A stretch of 64,000 bases of DNA from NCBI GenBank assembly GCA_963663235.2, contig CAXXNO010000009.1, forward strand, positions 32,001 through 96,000, written 5' to 3'. Below are positions 9,771 through 18,396 of this stretch, piece after piece. Every line of letters begins with the position of its first letter. Position 1 is the first letter of the stretch. The stretch is from Dehalococcoidia bacterium (lineage in GTDB: Bacteria > Chloroflexota > Dehalococcoidia > Bin125). The notes below the pieces were generated by a model that did no database searches, was not told where the DNA came from, and saw only the letters and a program-made list of their open reading frames with translations. A program made the position numbers and the translations under genes.

Positions 9771-10724
9771 TTACCCCTTTACCGATCCGGCCAGAATCCC
9801 CTGGACGAAATAGCGCTGCAAGGCCAAGAAGATGATCAGCGGCACCACCATCGAGATGAAGGCGGCGGCGGTGAGGAGCTCGTAGTCCTGGCCACGCGAG
9901 CTGACCAGGTTCGAGATCCGCAGCGTCATAGGCGCGAGGTTCGGATCGCCGAGGAAGATGAGGGCAATCAGGAGATCGTTCCAGATCCAGAGGAACTGGA
10001 AGATCGCGAGGGAGGCGAGCGCCGGCACCGAAAGGGGCAGGATGATGCGGAAGAAGACGCGCAGATCGGAGGCGCCGTCCATATAGGCGGCCTCCAGGAG
10101 CTCGCGCGGGAGGCCGCCGAAGAAGTTGCGCAGCAGATAGACGGCGAAGGGCAGGCCGAACCCGGTGTGCGCGATCCAGATGCCAGGATAGCTACTGATG
10201 CCGAAGATCTTGCCGCCCAGGACGGGCAGGTCGGCGTCGATGCTCACTGCGCCGTAGAGCTGCTGGAGCGGGATCAAGGTCATCTGGAGCGGCACCACCA
10301 AGAGGCCGACCACGAGCAGGAAGAGGATGTTGCGCCCGGGGAATCGCATCCAGGCGAAGGCGTAGGCCGCAGCCGCCGCCACCAAGATCACGATGACCAT
10401 ACTGGGGACCGTAATGATGATGCTGTTGACGAAGGCGCGGCCCAGCCCCTGCTGGTTGAGGACGACGTCATAGTTGTCGATCGTGAAGTCGAGGGGGGCC
10501 TTGATCGCTTCCCACCAACCGGAAGCGGCGATGGCGGTTGGATCGCGGAAGGAGCTCACCAGCAAAGCGATGGTGGGGATGCTCCAGAGCAGCACGATGA
10601 CGATCAAGGCGAGGTGGAGCGGCCCGCGCGCCAGAAGCCAGCGTCCGAGGCGACGGGGGTGCAGGCGCGGAAGGCGCGGCGCGGGAGGGCGTCCGGCCGG
10701 GAGGGAGAGACCGCGCCCCGTCAT
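9771..10724 (-). CDS. Carbohydrate ABC transporter permease (AglG/MalG-like)
   Basis: Multiple TM helices, EAAYMDGAS EAA loop, C-terminal QRYFVQGILAGSVKG. Confidence 0.92.
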   Translation of the reverse strand: MTGRGLSLPAGRPPAPRLPRLHPRRLGRWLLARGPLHLALIVIVLLWSIPTIALLVSSFRDPTAIAASGWWEAIKAPLDFTIDNYDVVLNQQGLGRAFVNSIIITVPSMVIVILVAAAAAYAFAWMRFPGRNILFLLVVGLLVVPLQMTLIPLQQLYGAVSIDADLPVLGGKIFGISSYPGIWIAHTGFGLPFAVYLLRNFFGGLPRELLEAAYMDGASDLRVFFRIILPLSVPALASLAIFQFLWIWNDLLIALIFLGDPNLAPMTLRISNLVSSRGQDYELLTAAAFISMVVPLIIFLALQRYFVQGILAGSVKG

Positions 10725-11671
10725 CAGCGGATCTCCTCCTGGAACTGGAAGCGCCGGATGCTGACGATCATGATGGGCACGACCCAGAGCAGCAGCACGA
10801 CGGCCAGCGCCGCCCCCACGCCGAAGTCACGGAAGCGGAAGAGCTCCCGGAAGAAGAGGGTGGCGACGACGTCCGTATCGGAGCGGCCGCCGGTGATGAC
10901 CCAGACGAGGTCGAAGATCTTGAGGGCGAAGATCACGAGCGTGGTGGTGACGACCATGATGGTGGGGGAGAGGATGGGGATGATCACGCGGCGGAAGATC
11001 TGCCACTCGTTGGCGCCGTCGACGCGGGCGGCTTCCAGCACCTCGCCCGAGATGCCCTTGAGGCCGGCCGAGAGCACCACCATGGCGAAGCCGGTCCACA
11101 TCCAGACGCCCACGGCGATCAGGACGAAGTTGTTGATCTGAAGCGGGCCCTCGAGCTCATCGGGCCCGGCGTTGGTAAACCAAGTCTGGGGCGCGCCGGT
11201 GTCCTGCAGCCAGGGGGTGGAGCCGCCCGTGGCCGGGTTGTCGATGCCGATCCCCGTGAGGACGGCGTTGACCGTGCCGATGTCCTGATTGAACTCCAGC
11301 ATGAAGCGCCAGATCACGGCGGCGGCCACGAAGGAGATGGCCATCGGGATGAAGACGCCGGCCTTGGCGATGGCCTCGTAGCGGACGCGTCCGGTGAGGA
11401 CGGCCATGACCAGCCCGAGCGAGACGGTGACGAGGGTGAAGAGGACCACCCAGAGCAGAGTGGTCAGGATCGCGCTGTGCGTATCGGCGACGAGGGACTG
11501 GGGATTGTCGATGATGAATTGGAAGTTATCGAAGCCGACGAAGGAGTCGGAGTGTTCGTCGAAGAAGCTGCGGCGGATGGTGTCGAGGGTGGGGTAGACG
11601 AGGAAGACGCCGAGGATGGCGAGCGCGGGCGCGAGCCAGATCCAGGGTACCCAGCGGCGGCGACGGGTCAT
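10724..11671 (-). CDS. Carbohydrate ABC transporter permease (AglF/MalF-like)
   Basis: TM helices, EAARVDGANEWQIF. Stop overlaps the next start. Confidence 0.92.
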   Translation of the reverse strand: MTRRRRWVPWIWLAPALAILGVFLVYPTLDTIRRSFFDEHSDSFVGFDNFQFIIDNPQSLVADTHSAILTTLLWVVLFTLVTVSLGLVMAVLTGRVRYEAIAKAGVFIPMAISFVAAAVIWRFMLEFNQDIGTVNAVLTGIGIDNPATGGSTPWLQDTGAPQTWFTNAGPDELEGPLQINNFVLIAVGVWMWTGFAMVVLSAGLKGISGEVLEAARVDGANEWQIFRRVIIPILSPTIMVVTTTLVIFALKIFDLVWVITGGRSDTDVVATLFFRELFRFRDFGVGAALAVVLLLWVVPIMIVSIRRFQFQEEIR

Positions 11672-11751
11672 GGCGTCCCCTCCGCGCAATCAGAGGAGGC
11701 GGCCCGCCGTCGAGCGGCGGGCCGCCTCCGTCAAGCGCTAAGCAAGACGGG

Positions 11752-13131
11752 TTAGGTTCCTCGCGCGCCCTCAATGCTGGCGAGGATATCGTCCAGGTCG
11801 CCGGGGTTGACGAGGTACTCCGTCACGCCCACCCAGAACGCCTGCTGGAAGCCACCGCCCACGGTGTCATCCAGGTCAAAGCGGAAGGCCCTGGCCTGAA
11901 GCAACGACTCGGCCAAGCGGCGGGAGACCGGGTCGGGGTAGCGGTCAAAGTCGATATCGTTGTGGACCGAATTGAAGCCGCCGAGATTGACCCAGATCTG
12001 CTGCCCATCGGCGCCGGCGAGGTACTGCATCAGCGATTGCGTGGTGTCGTCGTCGTTGAAGGCGTAGACGAGGGCTCCGCCGCCGGCGACGCCGCCGCCG
12101 GGGAAGGGGAAGAAATCGAAGTCTTCACCGGCGACGGCGTCCGGGAACTGGTCGCTGATGAAGCCGGCCGCGAAGCCGCCCAAGTAGAACATGGCCGCGG
12201 TGGGCGGGTCCTCGAAGGGCGGGAAGCTGGCGTCGATGAAGCCGGTGGCGTTGATGCCCTCGCCGCCGCCCTGGACGACGTTGCCCTCCCCGAGCACGAT
12301 CTGGCCGAATTTCTCCCAGGCGTCCTTGACGCGGGGGTCGGTGAAGGGAATGGAGCCGTCGATCACGCCGTCGTTGACCTCGCCCCCGCCGGGCTCGCCG
12401 AGGATGAGCTCCTGGATCCAGTCCGTGCCGGGCCAGCCGCTTGCGCCGCCGCTTTCCACCCCCGTGGACCACGGCGTGAGGCCATCGCCCTTGATCTGTT
12501 CGGTGAGCGCCAGGAGGTCATCGAAGGTGCTCTGGGCCGTGAGCGGCTGCCAGCCGTTGTCGGCGAAGAGCTTGGGGTTGTAGAAGATGGTGCCCTTGGT
12601 GTCGGCCTTCATGAAGAAGGCGTAGAGGGTGCCGTCCACGGAGCCGAGGTCGACGAAGCTCTGCGGATAGTTGGCGCGGACCTCCGCCTCCAGGTCCAGG
12701 TCGGCCAAGGGGACCAGCTCCCCCTCGCGGGCGAAATCGCGCAGCGTGCCCACCTCGGGCGGGATGGCGATATCGGGCGGGTTGCCGCCCTCCACGCGGG
12801 TCGTCAGCAGCTCGGTCAGATCGCGGGTGCCGGTGAAGGCCATGTTTCCGCCGGTGGCGGCCTCCCAGGGAGCGACCATGGCCTCGAAGCGGGCGAGCTC
12901 ATCGCCGCCGCCCCAGACGCCGAGCACGTCGGCGGTGCCGAGCTCCGCCGGCGCCTCGGGGGGCGGCGCGGCGGCGGGGGCTGGGGCTGGGGCTGGTTCC
13001 TCGTCGTCGTCGTCGCCGCAGCCGACCAAGGCCAGCCCGGCGGCGCCGAGGGAGGCCGTGCTCGCACCCGCCAACAGCGAGCGCCGACTCAGCCGCTTCC
13101 CGTGCAAAACCCGTTGATGGAGCGTGTTCAT
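11752..13131 (-). CDS. Alpha-glucoside-type ABC transporter substrate-binding lipoprotein (AglE-like)
   Basis: LSRR..LALVGC leader; GGNPPDIAI, ESGGASGWPGTDWI and FRFDLDD motifs. Confidence 0.85.
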   Translation of the reverse strand: MNTLHQRVLHGKRLSRRSLLAGASTASLGAAGLALVGCGDDDDEEPAPAPAPAAAPPPEAPAELGTADVLGVWGGGDELARFEAMVAPWEAATGGNMAFTGTRDLTELLTTRVEGGNPPDIAIPPEVGTLRDFAREGELVPLADLDLEAEVRANYPQSFVDLGSVDGTLYAFFMKADTKGTIFYNPKLFADNGWQPLTAQSTFDDLLALTEQIKGDGLTPWSTGVESGGASGWPGTDWIQELILGEPGGGEVNDGVIDGSIPFTDPRVKDAWEKFGQIVLGEGNVVQGGGEGINATGFIDASFPPFEDPPTAAMFYLGGFAAGFISDQFPDAVAGEDFDFFPFPGGGVAGGGALVYAFNDDDTTQSLMQYLAGADGQQIWVNLGGFNSVHNDIDFDRYPDPVSRRLAESLLQARAFRFDLDDTVGGGFQQAFWVGVTEYLVNPGDLDDILASIEGARGT

Positions 13132-13286
13132 GAGACTTTCCTCCTCCTATTGGCAGCGCAACGCTACCGCATCGCAGCGTGACGCTAGGCCACGTCCAGC
13201 GCGAAGCCTATCAGGTCCAGACTGTCAGCAGGGACGGCGGCGGCGCCTTTTCGCGGGAGGAAGGGTGCGGGAAGGGCACCCCCGGC

Positions 13287-15146
13287 CTAGAGGCGCTCAG
13301 CCACCGATGACCACGCTGCGCGCCGCCTGCCGGCTTCCGCCCGCCGCAAGTTGACGGCCGCGCCGATGTGTCCGAAGTGCGTCAAGGCCTGGGGGAAGTT
13401 GCCCAGCATCTCGCCGGTGCGGCCATCGATCTCCTCGCTGAAGAGGCCCAGGTCATTGGCGTAGCCGGTGAGGCGGTCGAAGAGGGCGCGGGCGCGCTCG
13501 ACCTCACCGAGCATGATGAGGTTGTCGGTCAACCAGAAGGAGCAGATCAGGAAGGTGCCCTCGCTGCCGCGTTCGCCGTGCATGAAGTTGCGGTAGACGA
13601 GCCCATCGTCGGAGGTGAGCTCGCGCTCGATGGCGGCGATGGTGGAACGCATGCGGGGGTCCTTGGCGGGGATGAAGCGGACCAAGGGGAGGAGGAGGCT
13701 GGAGGCATCGAGCTCCTTGCTGCCGTAGGCCTGGACGAATGCGCCGCGGTCGGCGTCGTAGCCGCGGGTGAGGACTTCGTCGCGGATCTCGTCCCGGACG
13801 GCGCTCCAGCGGTCGACATCGCTGGGGAGGGAGCGCGCCTGCGCGAGCTTGACCATGCGATCGAGCGCCACCCAGCACATGACCTTGGAGTAGACATGAT
13901 GCTGGCGGCCGTCGCGGCTCTCCCAGATGCCGTCGTCGGGCTCGCGCCAGTGGTCGAGGACGAAGTCGGCGACGCGGCGGAGAAAGGCCCACTGCTGCTC
14001 GTGCAGCTCGCCGACGTACCTCTGATAGAGGTACGCGGTGTCGACGACCTCGCCGTAGATGTCCAACTGGAACTGAGTCTGCGCCTCGTTGCCGATGCGG
14101 ACGGGCCGGGAGCCGCGGTAGCCGTCCAGCTCCGGGAGCTCGATCTCGGTGAGGCGTCGCTCCCCGCCGAGGCCGTACATGAGTTGCAGATCGCGCGCGC
14201 GGCCCGCGGTGCTCCAGTCAAGCCACTGCTGATATGCCCGCGCGGTCTGGGTGAAGCCCAGAATAAACAGGCTATAGAGGGCAAAGGTGGCGTCCCGGAT
14301 CCAGGTGAAGCGGTAGTCCCAGTTGAGGTCGCCGCCGATGCGCTCGGGAAGCGACGTGGTAGGAGCGGCGACCAGAGCGCCCGACGGCGCGTAGGTGAGC
14401 GCCTTAAGCGTGAGGGCGCTGCGCAGGAGCTGGGGCCGGTCGGCGCCCTGGTAGGTACACTGCGCCGCCCACTCCTCCCAGTAGCGCTTGGTCCCGTTCA
14501 GCCAGCGCCCGAAGACTCGCTTGTCGACGGTGCGTACGCTGGGGGAAAAGTGCGTCTCGTAGGTGACATCGGCGTAGACGGCGTCGCCGGCGGGGAGCCG
14601 GCCATCGGCGACGAACTGATCGTCGCGCAGATCCAGATCCGCGGAGCAGAAGAGCGAGATGCCCTGCGCACCGCCGTGCGCGATCCCGGAATGCTCGTCC
14701 TGGAGAGCCGTGTACGGAGTAATTGCGCCGTAGTCGAAGCGGGGCCGACAGACCAAGGAGAAGCGGACGGCCCCCTCCGTGCAGCGGAGGATGCGGGCGA
14801 TGTGCTGGTTGGTCCCGGCCTCGAACGGCATGTCCGGCTCAGCGTGCTCATGCACGGGCATGAAGTCCGTCAGCGTCGCCAGGCCGGAGTCCGTCTCAAA
14901 GGCCGTCTCGAGGATGTTGGTCTCGGGGAGGTAGCGCCGACGGATCGATCGAGCGTCCGGCACCGTGACCTGGAAGTAGCCGCCGTTCTCCCAGTCCAGG
15001 ATGCGCCCGAAGATCGAGGGGCTATCGAAGCGGGGCAGGCAGCACCAGTCGATAGAGCCGGACCTGGAGACGAGGGCACAGGAGTGCGCGTCGCCGATGA
15101 GGCCGTAGTCGGAGATGGGCGGGTAGGGGCCAGCGGAGTCAGGCAC
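13287..15146 (-). CDS. Glycoside hydrolase family 15 (trehalase/glucoamylase-like)
   Basis: ISDYGLIGD, AAPTTSLPE, NWDYRFTWIRDA, GIWESR, LGLFSEE, LGNFPQALTH. GTG start at 15146 overlapping the ROK stop is the most likely start. Confidence 0.92.
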   Translation of the reverse strand: MPDSAGPYPPISDYGLIGDAHSCALVSRSGSIDWCCLPRFDSPSIFGRILDWENGGYFQVTVPDARSIRRRYLPETNILETAFETDSGLATLTDFMPVHEHAEPDMPFEAGTNQHIARILRCTEGAVRFSLVCRPRFDYGAITPYTALQDEHSGIAHGGAQGISLFCSADLDLRDDQFVADGRLPAGDAVYADVTYETHFSPSVRTVDKRVFGRWLNGTKRYWEEWAAQCTYQGADRPQLLRSALTLKALTYAPSGALVAAPTTSLPERIGGDLNWDYRFTWIRDATFALYSLFILGFTQTARAYQQWLDWSTAGRARDLQLMYGLGGERRLTEIELPELDGYRGSRPVRIGNEAQTQFQLDIYGEVVDTAYLYQRYVGELHEQQWAFLRRVADFVLDHWREPDDGIWESRDGRQHHVYSKVMCWVALDRMVKLAQARSLPSDVDRWSAVRDEIRDEVLTRGYDADRGAFVQAYGSKELDASSLLLPLVRFIPAKDPRMRSTIAAIERELTSDDGLVYRNFMHGERGSEGTFLICSFWLTDNLIMLGEVERARALFDRLTGYANDLGLFSEEIDGRTGEMLGNFPQALTHFGHIGAAVNLRRAEAGRRRAAWSSVAERL

Positions 15147-16053
15147 CGGGCTGAATCGGGACCAGGTCAGCCCGAGCGCCATCGTCGGTCAGGGACTGCA
15201 GGCCGATGGCGAATGCGCCCAGCAGGCCGACATCGTCGCCGCCCTGCGCCGGGACGATGTCGGCGCCCGAGACGGAGGAGTCGCCGTGTCGCGCTACGTA
15301 TTCGCGAACGGGCGCCAGCAACAGCTCGCCCGCCTGGGCCAACCCGCCTCCGATTACCACGCGCTCCGGCATGAAGCAGTACACCAGGTTCAGGATACCG
15401 ATTGCCAGGGCGTCGGCGACATCGAGGAAGTGTTCCCGCGCCCGCGCATCCCCGGCCCGCACCCGCTGGGCCACCAGCGCCGCATCCTCGCCGGCGAGGC
15501 GCGCGAGTGCAGTCCCCGATCCGAGCGACTCCATCGTGCCGCCGCTGCGGCGGTCGATGACCATGTGCCCGGCCTCGGCCAGAGAGCGGCGCCCGTGGAG
15601 CAGCCGTCCGTCGATGATGACCCCCGCTCCGACGCCCGTGCTCGCCGTGACGTAGAGCATGTCGGACGTGCCGATCCCCGCGCCGAAGCGGTGCTCGCCC
15701 ACAGCCGCGAGATCGGCGTCGTTTGCGAAGATCACGGGGAGGCGCAAGGCGTCGGCGAGTCCACGTCCGGACAGCCGCCCCTCCCAGGCGGGCAGGTTGG
15801 GGAGCCGCAGCGGCTCGCCGCGGACGTAGTCGACGGGGCCCGGGACACCGACCACCGCCAGCCCGATCTCCGCGCCGCCCGCCGCGATGGCCTCGCGCAT
15901 CGCCTCGGGGAGCGCCTGGGGGCGGTCCGGCGGCGTCGGGCTCACCGACTTGGTGCGCAGCACGCCGTCGAGGCCGAAGACGGCGACGCGCATCCGCGTG
16001 CCGCCCAGGTCCACGGCGAGGATCGCCGGCCGCTTGGGGGGCGGGGCGCTCAC
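15139..16053 (-). CDS. ROK family sugar kinase (glucokinase-like)
   Basis: VDLGGT, ANDADLAAVGE, STGVGAG, EAGHM. Confidence 0.9.
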   Translation of the reverse strand: MSAPPPKRPAILAVDLGGTRMRVAVFGLDGVLRTKSVSPTPPDRPQALPEAMREAIAAGGAEIGLAVVGVPGPVDYVRGEPLRLPNLPAWEGRLSGRGLADALRLPVIFANDADLAAVGEHRFGAGIGTSDMLYVTASTGVGAGVIIDGRLLHGRRSLAEAGHMVIDRRSGGTMESLGSGTALARLAGEDAALVAQRVRAGDARAREHFLDVADALAIGILNLVYCFMPERVVIGGGLAQAGELLLAPVREYVARHGDSSVSGADIVPAQGGDDVGLLGAFAIGLQSLTDDGARADLVPIQPGA

Positions 16054-16117
16054 GGCGCGTGCGGGCGGGGAGGACGATCGGTCCGAACGAGCGTATCCGC
16101 CAGGGACGCTGCCGCCT

Positions 16118-17530
16118 TCACCTCAGGCGCCAGCGCCTGGGTGCGATCAGCGCGTCCGCCTGGGACGGACCCCAGGTCCCGGCGGGATAGAAGCGGATGG
16201 GCGGGGGTGCGTCCAGCACGGGCTGCACGACGGACCAGGCCAGATCGACCTCGTCGGCGCGGGCGAAGAGCGTGTGCTCCCCTCCCATGGCCGCGTGGAA
16301 GAGGCGCTCGTAGGCCTCAGGGGGCTGGGCCTCAAAGGAGCGAACGTAGGAGAAGTCCATCTCGACCGGCTGCACACGCAGCGTGGGGCCAGGCTCCTTG
16401 GCCAAGAAGCCCAAGGAGATCCCTTCCTGCGGCTGGATACGGATGAGCAAATGATTGGACTCCAAGTCCTCTACCTCCGACTGCTGGAAGAACCGCACCG
16501 GCGCAGGCCGGAAGCTCACATAGACCTCGACGGTGCGACCCGCCAACCGCTTGCCGGTGCGTAAGTAGAACGGCACGCCGGCCCAGCGCCAGTTATCGAT
16601 CTCCAGGCGAATGGCCGTGTAGGTCTCCGTGGCCGAGTCCGGGTCGACGCCTTCTTCCTCGCGATAGCCGGGCACGTCGTCACCGTTCACCGCGCCCCGC
16701 GCGTACTGGCCGCGCACCACGGCGGCGGCCTCCACAGGCCGCACGGCGTGGAGGAGCTTCACCTTCTCGTCGCGGATCGCTTCGGGCTCAAAGGAGCGCG
16801 GGGGCTCCATGGTGAGGAGGGTCAAGACCTGCAGTGTGTGGTTCTGGATAACGTCGCGCAGCGCGCCGACCTCTTCGTAGAATTCGCCCCGGCTCTCCAC
16901 GCCGATCGATTCGGCCATCGTGATCTGCACGTGGTCGATGGCGTCGCGGTCCCAGACGCGCTCGAACATGGAGTTCCCGAAGCGCAGCACCAACAGGTTC
17001 TGCACCGACTCCTTGCCCAAGTAGTGATCGACACGGAAGACCTGGGATTCGTCGAAGAACTCGTGGACAGTCCGGTTGAGCTCTCGCGCCGAGAGGCGGT
17101 CCCGGCCGAACGGCTTCTCAATCACCAAGCGGGTGTCGCGCACGAGGTCATGCTGAGCGAGGCCCTGGACCGTGGAGGAGAACGCGGAGGGTGGCGTGGA
17201 GAGGTGCACAATGCGTCCGGGCCGGGTGCGCTGCGCGACCTCATCTAGACCGCCCAGGCGGGCGCAGACGAAGCCCAAGCGAGCGGCGAAGCGGTCCCAG
17301 GCGGCCGGGTCCACGTCGCGGCGGGAGAACTCCCGGACCGCCTCTTCCGAACGCGCCCGGAACGCCGCGTCCGTGAGGTCGCGGCGCGAGTAGCCGATGA
17401 TGCGAGCGTCCTGCGGCAAGAAGCCGTCCAGGTGAAGGTTGTACAGGGCCGGGAGCAGCTTGCGGCGCGCCAGATCGCCCGTCGCGCCGACGATGACGAA
17501 GTCCAGTGCCGGGGGAGCCCGGCCGCTCAT
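16118..17530 (-). CDS. zwf: Glucose-6-phosphate 1-dehydrogenase
   Basis: GATGDLARRKLLPAL, EKPFG, RVDHYLGKE, RWAGVPFYLRTGK. Confidence 0.97.
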   Translation of the reverse strand: MSGRAPPALDFVIVGATGDLARRKLLPALYNLHLDGFLPQDARIIGYSRRDLTDAAFRARSEEAVREFSRRDVDPAAWDRFAARLGFVCARLGGLDEVAQRTRPGRIVHLSTPPSAFSSTVQGLAQHDLVRDTRLVIEKPFGRDRLSARELNRTVHEFFDESQVFRVDHYLGKESVQNLLVLRFGNSMFERVWDRDAIDHVQITMAESIGVESRGEFYEEVGALRDVIQNHTLQVLTLLTMEPPRSFEPEAIRDEKVKLLHAVRPVEAAAVVRGQYARGAVNGDDVPGYREEEGVDPDSATETYTAIRLEIDNWRWAGVPFYLRTGKRLAGRTVEVYVSFRPAPVRFFQQSEVEDLESNHLLIRIQPQEGISLGFLAKEPGPTLRVQPVEMDFSYVRSFEAQPPEAYERLFHAAMGGEHTLFARADEVDLAWSVVQPVLDAPPPIRFYPAGTWGPSQADALIAPRRWRLR

Positions 17531-18396
17531 TCCTCACGCACCGCGTGCCCCCCGAACTGCTGTCGCAGGGCCGCGATCATCCGCATCGCGAAGGGGTTGT
17601 CGTCCCTGGAAGTGAAGCGGCTGAACAGCGACAGCGTCAGGACGGGCGCGGGGACGCCCCGTTCCACGGCATCCTGCACCATCCAGCGTCCCTCGCCGGA
17701 GTCGTCCACGTAGCCGCGAAGCCCCTCCAACGTAGGATCCTCCTCAAACGCGCGCTCGGCCAACTCCAAGAGCCAGGAGCGCACGACGCTGCCGTGGTTC
17801 CACAGGGCAGCCACGCCGCGCAGGTCCAGATCGAACTCCGACGCCTGCATGAGATCGAACCCCTCGGCGTAGGCTTGCAGCATCCCGTACTCGATGCCGT
17901 TGTGAACCATCTTGGTGAAGTGTCCCGCGCCCGAAGCGCCCACGTAGGCGTAGCCATCCTGCGGCGCGAGCGCGACCAGCGCCGGCTCCAGCGTATCGAA
18001 GGCGTCGCGGGGCCCACCGACCATCAGACAGAACCCCACCTCCTCGCCCCAGACACCGCCGGAGGTTCCCACGTCCACGAACCTGAGCCCCTGCTCCTCC
18101 AGCGTCCGGGCCCGGCGCACCGAATCCTTGTAGTAGCTATTGCCGCCATCCACCAGGATGTCACCGCGAGAGAGGAGGGGGCTGAGCGAGTCGATCGTCG
18201 ATTGCGTGGGATCACCGGCCGGCACCATGATCCAGACGACGCGGGGCGGGTGAAGCGCGTCGACGAGGTCCTGCATCGAGGCGACATCGGAGACGGCGGG
18301 GTCGCGATCGTAGCCGACCACCTCGTGGCCAAGGCGACGCAGGCGCGCCGCCATCCCGCCGCCCATCCGCCCCATTCCAACGATCGCGATTTTCAT
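17527..18396 (-). CDS. gnd: 6-phosphogluconate dehydrogenase, decarboxylating (short form)
   Basis: GMGRMG, DGGNS, GTSGGVWG, KMVHNGIEYG, DSGEGRW, FGGH. Confidence 0.95.
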   Translation of the reverse strand: MKIAIVGMGRMGGGMAARLRRLGHEVVGYDRDPAVSDVASMQDLVDALHPPRVVWIMVPAGDPTQSTIDSLSPLLSRGDILVDGGNSYYKDSVRRARTLEEQGLRFVDVGTSGGVWGEEVGFCLMVGGPRDAFDTLEPALVALAPQDGYAYVGASGAGHFTKMVHNGIEYGMLQAYAEGFDLMQASEFDLDLRGVAALWNHGSVVRSWLLELAERAFEEDPTLEGLRGYVDDSGEGRWMVQDAVERGVPAPVLTLSLFSRFTSRDDNPFAMRMIAALRQQFGGHAVREE